Of a stretch of DNA of 9,613 bases, positions 1 through 6,890 are shown piece by piece. A program made the translations under genes and the position numbers. This stretch comes from Fonticula alba ATCC 38817. Taxonomy: Eukaryota; Protista; Nucleariida. The DNA is taken from the NCBI GenBank assembly GCA_000388065.2, contig KB932203.1; one strand, written 5' to 3'. The notes under the pieces were generated by a model that was not told the origin of the DNA, made no database searches, and was given only the letters and a program-made list of their open reading frames with translations. Every line of letters starts with the position of its first letter. The stretch's first letter is position 1.

Positions 1-400
1 GCCCCCGCACCTGCCTCGACCGAGACTCCGACACGGTCCCCGGCCCTGGTGGCCGGGAACGCGGTGCAGGGATACCAGGAGGAAGGGGCGCAAGCAAGGG
101 AAGACCTGGACATGGGTGGCTGCCGCGAGCGAGCAGGCGAGCGAGGAGGGAGGTGCGTACGGTCGGTCCCTCCCCCGGCTACCGCCTTCCCCCCTGTTCG
201 GGGCAGCGGGCTGTGGTTAAACGACACCAAGCTGGACGAGTGCGCCAGGCCGGCAGTTCGCCCAGAGGTGGCGCACTCCCTCACAAGGGCGCCCCAGAGG
301 CCGCCAATATTGAATGTGGGAGGGGGGGGGCCGGGGAGGGAGGGGGGGCCGCAGTTCCAGCGCTTTCCCATTTTGTGCCTCATCCGCATGAAAAAGGGGA

Positions 401-406
401 TTTATT
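401..406 (-). terminator. Candidate AATAAA (minus strand), transcript unknown
   Basis: TTTATT within an AT-rich island (about 388-420) in otherwise very GC-rich DNA. It overlaps the TAA stop of ORF 935-405. Confidence 0.3.
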
Positions 407-628
407 ACACATATATTTGTTCCGCCGCCCAGGTGAAGGAGGACGGCGCGAGCCGGCAGACAAGAAGGATGTGGCCCCTGGTCCTCGTCTGTTGGCCCAT
501 GGGGGTGGTGGGCCTGGCGCCGGCCCCGGACGAGACACCAGCCCGGAGGCGGCCCAGGTGCCGGACCACGTCCCACATGTTTTCCCCAGTATTCCCGCGG
601 TGGCATGCGCATGCACCCGGGTGCGCCA

Positions 629-630
<2 letters not shown>

Positions 631-666
<36 letters not shown>
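631..666. repeat. (GCC)12 trinucleotide microsatellite
   Basis: Direct count. Confidence 0.95.
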
Positions 667-667
<1 letters not shown>

Positions 668-1446
668 ACGGGTGGGGCACGAGCAGGGCGCATGGCGCGC
701 CAGCGCTCTCCCCCCGTGCCCGCACCCGCACCCGCACGCAGCCGTGCTCGAAGGCCTGGGCACGCCGTCTAGCTCCCTCGGCGGCACGGTGGGCTCTTAT
801 CTTCCCCTGGCCCGGTGTGAATTCCAGGCAACGCCCCTGCCCCCCCCCCCCCCCCGGCCCCCCCGGTCGGTGCCTCGCCTCGATGTTGCGTCGATTCCGG
901 AGCAAGAGTGGGCGCGCGTGTGCGACGCCGTACACACGCTCCTAGGCGCCGGGCACATGCACCAGATGGGGGGGGGGGGTGGGCGCATCGCGCATGTGAA
1001 AACGTGTTTCCCGCCTCCGTTGGCATTCGCCCCCGGGGATGGCCCAAATCCCGCATTTTCGCCCCGCCTCCCGCCCGGCCGGTACGCCGATCATTGGGAT
1101 TTGCCCCGCATGGACGGCCGGCCCTCGCGCCAGCGTCGGGGTCGCCGCGGCCAACGGCGCATCTCGTTGGGCGATTTCCCCGCCAGGCGCCCCGGGGGGG
1201 GGGGGGGGGCGCCGGGCGGCAGGGGACGGGCGGGGGGCGGATCTCAGACACGCAGGCCAGGGACACAGCCCTGCGACGCAATGCTCCCGCCGCGGGTGAG
1301 GGGGCGGAGAAAGGGGGGACGGGGGACCGGACCGATGGGGAAAGAACGCCCGGCACCGGCGCGCCGGAACCAGGGCCGCGACGTCGGTCCCGCCCGGTGG
1401 CCACTTCTCCCGGTCTACGCCCCCCGGGGCTGGGCTCGGGTCGTCC

Positions 1447-1448
<2 letters not shown>

Positions 1449-1477
<29 letters not shown>
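1449..1477. repeat. C29 homopolymer
   Basis: Direct count; the length may carry sequencing error. Confidence 0.9.
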
Positions 1478-1479
<2 letters not shown>

Positions 1480-1648
1480 GCGGAGCTAGGGTGTGTTCTC
1501 CGCGCCAGCATGCCGGGCTCCAGCTGGTCCGTCCTGGGCCCGGGCCTCGTCGCCCCCGGGTGGGCTGGCTGCCTGGTTGGCTGGGCCAGGCAGCCGTGTC
1601 CGGGATCTTTCCCATGCATGGCCTGGGGTGTGCCGGCACGCATATGTT

Positions 1649-1699
1649 TGTGCGTGTGCGTGTGCGTGTGTGTATGTGTGTGTGTGTGTGTGCGTACAC
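1649..1699. repeat. Compound (TG/CG)n microsatellite, 51 nt of alternating purine-pyrimidine
   Basis: Direct reading. Confidence 0.9.
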
Positions 1700-1849
1700 C
1701 ACACCATGGACCCGCCTTGGTGCTCCCCTGCTCGGGTGGTGTTCGGGCGCGTCCGGCCGGGCGCTCGGGCACTTTCTTTGCGTGTTGACCGCTTTTGCCT
1801 CTGGGTGGCGTTTTGTCCACGGCAACGCCCTGGCGCCAGTCCAGGACCG

Positions 1850-1851
<2 letters not shown>

Positions 1852-1913
<62 letters not shown>
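1852..1913. repeat. (CT)31 microsatellite upstream of MBF1
   Basis: Direct count. Confidence 0.95.
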
Positions 1914-1915
<2 letters not shown>

Positions 1916-2136
1916 GCCACTACACGCAAAAGAGGCGCCATGCTCCCGCGTCTTCGGGGCCCCGACACCCGAGGCACCCATCTCCCTTCTGAACCCTCCC
2001 TTCCCCCCTTCCCCCCCTCTCCAAGCACCCCGGTCCTGGTCACCCATCAAAGCCGGCTTTCCCTCCCCTTTCGCCCCTTCCACTTAGCCTGCCCCGCCCC
2101 GCCCCGCCTTGCACCTGCCGCCCCTCAACACCAACA

Positions 2137-2146
2137 GCCGCCATGG
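2137..2146 (+). promoter_or_regulatory. Strong translation start context GCCGCCATGG for MBF1
   Basis: Exact match to the classical Kozak consensus at the MBF1 ATG. Confidence 0.6.
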
Positions 2147-2840
2147 ACGAGTGGGATACCGTCACTTATATTCGCCGCCCTGGTGGTAGTACCGCCAGCC
2201 GCAACACCGGTCAGCTGCGTACCGAGGCTGACCTGAATAGAGCCCGACGTCTGAATGCCAATATCCAGACCGAGCGTCGCCGTGCGTCGCTCAGCCCCCC
2301 CCCCCTCCCCTTTCCCTCTGTTCTCCTTTTGCGCTCCTTTCTTCGCTCACACCACTCCCCACGCTGACATCTCTCTCCCTCTCTCTTTCTCTCTCTCTCT
2401 CTTTCTCTTTCTCTCCTTTCCTCTTTCCCCTCCTAGCCCACGCCCCCGGCAACCGTCGCACCACCGACCTGAATGCCGCTCGTCTCGACCGTGAAACCGA
2501 GGAGCTCCAGCGTACGCCTCCCGCCCCCTGCCCCCGTTCCTGCCCCCGTCCCCGGCCACTCACATTTGCCGCCTCTCTCGCCCTCTGTCACCAATGCGCA
2601 GACCGGCGCGTCTCTGTCGAGGTCAGCCGGACCATCGCGCGTGCGCGCACCGAGAAGGGCCTCACGCAGAAGGAGTTTGCCAGCAAGATCTTCGAGCTTC
2701 CGAGCGTGGTCTCCGAATATGAGAATGGCCGGGCCATTCCCAACCAGCAGGTCCTCTCCAAAATGGAGCGCGTCCTTGGCGTGAAACTCCGCGGCAAGGG
2801 CATTGGCGAGCCGATCCAGGCGCGCGTTCCCAAGAAGTAA
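2143..2840 (+). CDS. MBF1: Multiprotein bridging factor 1 (MBF1/EDF1). Exons 2143-2281, 2437-2511, 2602-2840; 150 aa
   Basis: Manual splicing gives [15 protein letters not shown]...[109 protein letters not shown]. The WDTVT start, the LDRETEEL motif and the C-terminal Cro/C1-type HTH (GLTQKE...[26 protein letters not shown]) are characteristic of MBF1. Both introns are GT-AG and preserve the frame (453 nt in total). Confidence 0.97.
2282..2436 (+). other. MBF1 intron 1 (155 nt, phase 1)
   Basis: GTGCGT donor, CTGAC at 2364-2368, long CT-rich tract, TAG acceptor; the frame is restored. Confidence 0.93.
2512..2601 (+). other. MBF1 intron 2 (90 nt, phase 1)
   Basis: GTACGC donor, pyrimidine-rich body, CAG acceptor. 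Removal joins ETEELQ to HRRVS, as expected for MBF1. Confidence 0.92.
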
Positions 2841-3053
2841 GTGCCTGCTAGCGGCCTTCCTTCCTGTGGCGCGCATCCGCGCGCCTGCGCACGGTGCAGG
2901 CACCACGCACATCCCCCCTCCCCCCCCCCTCCCACACACGCACATCGACATCGACATCGGCATCCACACATCGATATCCACATGGGTAGCGACACTCTTC
3001 AAACACAACTGACGGTGGACATGGGTGCACGCAAAGCCCCCTCCACCCCCTCC

Positions 3054-3057
<4 letters not shown>

Positions 3058-3084
<27 letters not shown>
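3058..3084. repeat. (CA)13 microsatellite
   Basis: Direct count. Confidence 0.9.
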
Positions 3085-3906
3085 CACGCACACACAGGGC
3101 TGGCGGCGCGCCCGGCCGGAGGCTGTGGCGCTCCATGTCCAGTCATCTGGGGCGTCACAGCAGCCATGCCACGTCTCCCAGCATATCCCTCTCCCTCGGA
3201 TGGTCTTGTCCAAAGTGGGAAAGAGAGATCATGCAATGGGGGATGTCGGCGCAAAAACCCATCGAGGTGGTATGGGACGAAAGCATGGAGAGGGGGACAT
3301 ATGACCATTGCCATTCTTCATCACCGGTCATCCCCCCTCCCCCCCTTCCACTATTTCGCCTCTCAATCCTCGTGCCTGCTCCATGCCCACCCCGCGCGCG
3401 CCTCCCCCTGCAAACCATCGGCCTCCCCACGCCCATCCCCCTTCCGCCTACTCCCCACCAAAGTCCTCTCCTTCTGTTCCTTCACTGTGTGTGCCCCCCC
3501 CTCGCTCAACACAGAACTTGATCGAGATTGAGCGGCACGCGCGCGCCGTCTGAACCAGCCGACTACTTCCTTCTTCTCTCCCTCCCTCTCTCTCTCTCTC
3601 TCTCTCCCCCTCTCCCCCCTCTCAAGAGACGGAGACTAGCCACAAGTCCGTGCGCTCTGCCTCTTGTCCAATGACCTGGTCACACCGTGGTCCCCCCCCC
3701 CCACCCCTGGCCCTGTCGCGCCTCTTCCCAGGGAGGAGGTCACGAGGGACGCCAGGCGCGAGCAGCGGAGTAGGGCGTTCAGCGAGAGCGAGAGAAGAGG
3801 GGCGATCGGGCGGCTGTGTTCCCGCATGCGTGACCGTTCTCTCACCCCGCTTCAAAACAAGAAAAAACCAATCCGAAAGTGCCGTTTTACGCGCTGCTTT
3901 GGTGCA

Positions 3907-3927
3907 CGCGCGCGCGCGCGCGCGCGC
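3907..3927. repeat. (CG)10C microsatellite
   Basis: Direct count. Confidence 0.92.
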
Positions 3928-4192
3928 ATGCTTACCCACAACCGTGGCATCCATGTCCTCTCTTTCTCCCTCCTGCTACCGCCTCCTGTCCAGTCGCCTC
4001 CCGGCGAGGCGCCGGACAAGGGCGAAAGCATGGGTGGGATATTTTGTGACCACATGCGAGGCAAGGCGCACCCGTAGCAAAGCCACAGCCACAGTAGCAC
4101 AGCAGCACAGTACTCCGAAAGCACACATCTCACGGCGCGCCCCCCTCTCTTTTGCACGGCGCGCGAGAGCGCGTGTTGCCGACAAAAATATC

Positions 4193-4198
4193 AATAAA
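4193..4198 (+). terminator. Candidate AATAAA (plus strand)
   Basis: The first canonical hexamer I found downstream of the MBF1 stop, set in an A-rich patch. Confidence 0.3.
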
Positions 4199-4894
4199 AA
4201 AAGCAAATCACCCCTCCCCCCCCCCCCCCATCCGCACACACGCTGTCCTGCTTTCTTCCTATTTCCCCTGCCCCTGGTTGCGCGTGCCTTCGCCGCGGGC
4301 TTGCTCGCGCTGTTGTTCCCCCACACCCGAGGCAAGGCGGAGGTGGTTGCAGGGGGGACAGAGAGAAAAAAAAATGTGTATGTGTGTGTGTGCTCGCGAA
4401 TGCGGGAGAGACACAGACATTGGAAGGGCCAAAGGTGACCGAGCACCGAACCAAGGGGAGGGCCGGTTCGGGGGAATACGAGGGGGGATGCATGGAGCTT
4501 GCCACAAGCGAGAAGCAGGCCCAGCCACACAGATCCCGGCGCTCCACCAGAATATGCCATCCGTGGGTACCTTGCCCTGAGCCGATTGTGCCCACCCGCG
4601 CGCCCTTCCCGCCCCGGACCAGGCGAGAGGAAGAGGCAGGGAGACAGCCCGGGAGAAAAGGCAACACGCCCTTCCATGAGCCAGAATGCAGGCTAGCAAT
4701 CTCAAACAGCACCTTCCCCCCTCCCCTCCCCTCGCCCCTCTCTGATCTCTGCCCCCCCCCCTGCGCTTTTGCTGCTTGCCTGCTCCTCCCCCTCCCCTCC
4801 CCTCCCCTCCCTTCCCTTCCCTTCCCGCCCGCCCGCCCGCTCGCCCGCCTCCTCCAGTTGCCGGCCGCCACTGGCTGTCGTACCGCGCTTAGAC

Positions 4895-5880
4895 ATGTCC
4901 GCCCCGCCGCCGATGGCCCCCGCTGCCGGGGGGCGTCCCTCGGCCCCCCCGGCCGGGGTCAGCCTCTTCGAGCAGTCGAGCTTCTTCCAGCGCTGGTACT
5001 TCCGCCCGGAGACGCTGACCCGTCTGCGGGCAGCCAGTAACCTTGACGCCCGACGGCGCCTGCTGGCGCGCCATGGGGCCCAGGCCTTCTCCTCGACGCC
5101 CCTCTCGTCCGCCGACGCCGAGGTGGACCCCATGTCGCCGAAGCTCGACCGATTTCTCTCCCCGGAAGAGGAGCTGATCGTATTGAATACTCTCCTTCGG
5201 ATGGATTTATGGCGCATGGTCGATCGCATGGCCCTCCCCTCGTCGGTGGGCTACGTGTGCATGGTTCTCCTTCGGCGCTTCTACCTCCGTCAATCAATCA
5301 TGGAGCATCCCGTGCGGTTGATGCTGTGCGTTTGCGCCTTCCTTCTTCCGCCTCCCCCTCTCTACGCGCTCTCTCTCTCTCTCTCTCTCTTCCCCTCACC
5401 ATGCTTCCCATATGTTGATGCCTCTCAACCCAGCTTGACAGGTCTCTACCTGGCGTACAAACTGGAGGTCGCTGTTGCCGCCGGGGCTGGGATCCGGCCA
5501 TTTGAGTATTTTCTGGAGCAGCTTCGCCTCCCGGCCACCTTCGCCGAGGGTCTCACCCGGAACGAGGCTCTTCTGCTGAATGGCGTGACTTTCGACCTGG
5601 ACATTCCCCTGCCGCACGACGCGGTCACTGGCATCTACCTGGCCATGGTTCGGTATGCGGTGCGCAATGAAGGGGCCCCGCGGTCAGCGGTCCTCCCCGG
5701 GACGACAGGCGGCGCGGCGGCGGCCGCCAGTTCCGAGCGCCGCGTCTTCAGCAAAGCCATGACCTTGAACATGTATGACGATGCAATGAACCGGTATGTG
5801 GCGCATTATCCTGTCGGCGTGCATCTTCGCCATCCATCCATCCATCTGCTCGCCGCTCCTGTACCGGTGCCGGTGGTAGT

Positions 5881-5914
<34 letters not shown>

Positions 5915-6459
5915 ACGTCTAACCTGCTCTCGGTCTTCCTGGCCTTCCTGGCCTTCCTGGCCTTCCTGGCCTTCCTGGTCTTCCTGGTCTTCCTGGTCTT
6001 CCTGGTCCTCCTGGTCCTCCTGACTCGTGTTCGCACAGACACCTGCCCACATACTTCCACTCGGATGCCTGCCTCACGCATACGCCGGCGCAAATCGCCT
6101 TCGCGGTCATGCACCAAGTGGCCCGCATCCACATGCAGGAGGCTCCCTTCCTGAACTTCTACAGCAATGTCATCCTCATGCTGCCGCCCTCCTCACTCAA
6201 GGCCCAGCAGGTTGTCACCAAGGAGCGCCGCAAGGAGGCCATGGCCTCCCTCACGCAGACGGCCGACCTCCTTCGGAGAGAGGTCGACCAAACCCGACCC
6301 ACCGACGAGAGGATCTTCAAGGAGCTGGACGGCCGCATGAGGTACATCCTGGAGACGGGAAACCCCAACATGCGGACAGCCAAGCGCCCGCGTCCGGCTT
6401 CCGGCTCGGCTGGTGCCGGCCCGCCGGCCAAGAAAGCTGCCCAGCCGAGCGAGTCCTGA
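4895..6459 (+). CDS. CCNH: Cyclin H (CAK/TFIIH cyclin). Exons 4895-5325, 5434-5793, 6039-6459; 403 aa
   Basis: Cyclin H-type motifs appear in order: SS...RWYF...LTRLRAASN, FLSPEEE, LRRFYLRQSIMEHP, L/LTGLYLAYKLE, EALLLNGVTFDLDIPLP, and SDACLTHTPAQIAFAV in the second cyclin fold. GT-AG introns restore the frame (1212 nt in total). The tail KRPRP...PPAKK resembles a bipartite NLS. The start ATG is the likeliest choice but is not proven. Confidence 0.92.
5326..5433 (+). other. Cyclin H intron 1 (108 nt, phase 2)
   Basis: GTGCGT donor, CT microsatellite, CAG acceptor. Removal gives HPVRLMLLTGLYLAYKLE, the cyclin-box helix 3 pattern. Confidence 0.9.
5884..5911. repeat. (CT)14 microsatellite in cyclin H intron 2
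   Basis: Direct count. Confidence 0.9.
5932..6021. repeat. 10 x 9-bp tandem repeat GG(T/C)C(T/C)TCCT in cyclin H intron 2
   Basis: Units in order: ggtcttcct x1, ggccttcct x4, ggtcttcct x3, ggtcctcct x2. Confidence 0.95.
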
Positions 6460-6561
6460 GCCTGGCCCTGTGGCCGGTATTCCCCGGTCCAGAAAACACG
6501 CCCCCCTCCCGCCCCCCTGTGTTTGCCAGTGTGCCTGTCATCTTTGCCTATTGTCCCGTCA

Positions 6562-6583
6562 TGTGTGTGTGTGTGTGTGTGTG
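6562..6583. repeat. (TG)11 microsatellite
   Basis: Direct count. Confidence 0.9.
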
Positions 6584-6602
6584 CATGCGATAGAAAGGGA
6601 GG

Positions 6603-6608
6603 TTTATT
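6603..6608 (-). terminator. Candidate AATAAA poly(A) signal for BDP1
   Basis: TTTATT on the + strand, about 283 nt past the BDP1 stop. It is the only canonical hexamer I saw in the convergent gap. Confidence 0.5.
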
Positions 6609-6676
6609 TTTCCCCCACAAGAGGGGGATCACCTAAGCAGCACGGCCTAGCCGGGGAAAACGGGGCGGCTTTCATA

Positions 6677-6698
6677 GGGGGGGGGGGGGGGGGGGGGG
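6677..6698. repeat. G22 homopolymer in the convergent cyclin H/BDP1 gap
   Basis: Direct count. Confidence 0.9.
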
Positions 6699-6890
6699 AA
6701 AGGGCGAAAGAGAGGGCCACGCGCTGCTGCCGCCGCACGTCAGATGAGCATGCTTGTGTGCAGGGAGAGCTCAGTGTCTGTGCGCCCCCTTCCCAGATCG
6801 GTGAGGCAAACAGGGAAGGGACACGCGCGGCACGGCCGGCGGACAGCGGGAGAGAGGCAGAGAAAGGGGCGGAGAAACAAAAAGGGTGCT

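Larger units (their letters stand above)
5794..6038 (+). other. Cyclin H intron 2 (245 nt, phase 2)
   Basis: GTATGT donor, (CT)14 plus a 9-mer array, CTGAC at 6020-6024, CAG acceptor. The frame continues into HLPTYFHSDACLTHTPAQIA. Confidence 0.9.

Noticed and set aside
942-2083. Minus-strand ORFs containing THTHTH and ERERER runs
   Set aside because: They are translations of the (CA)n and (GA)n microsatellites, with no recognisable domain.
3872-4122. Two TCCGAAAG motifs as a possible hammerhead ribozyme
   Set aside because: I found no CUGANGA core with compatible stems.
2841-4705. Intergenic ORFs of 100-290 aa on both strands
   Set aside because: They have low-complexity composition, cross microsatellites, and show no recognisable motif or clear codon periodicity.
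5932-6021. 9-mer array as a CRISPR array or collagen-like gene
   Set aside because: There are no spacers and no cas genes, the context is eukaryotic and intronic, and the GRP reading frame is short and antisense.
5684-6052. Minus-strand ORF with QED/QEG and RE repeats
   Set aside because: It is the antisense translation of the intronic 9-mer array and the (CT)14 tract.
4769-6154. 461-aa ORF as a single-exon protein
   Set aside because: It is cyclin H exons 1-2 read through both introns; the SLSLSL and FLAFLA stretches are microsatellite translations.
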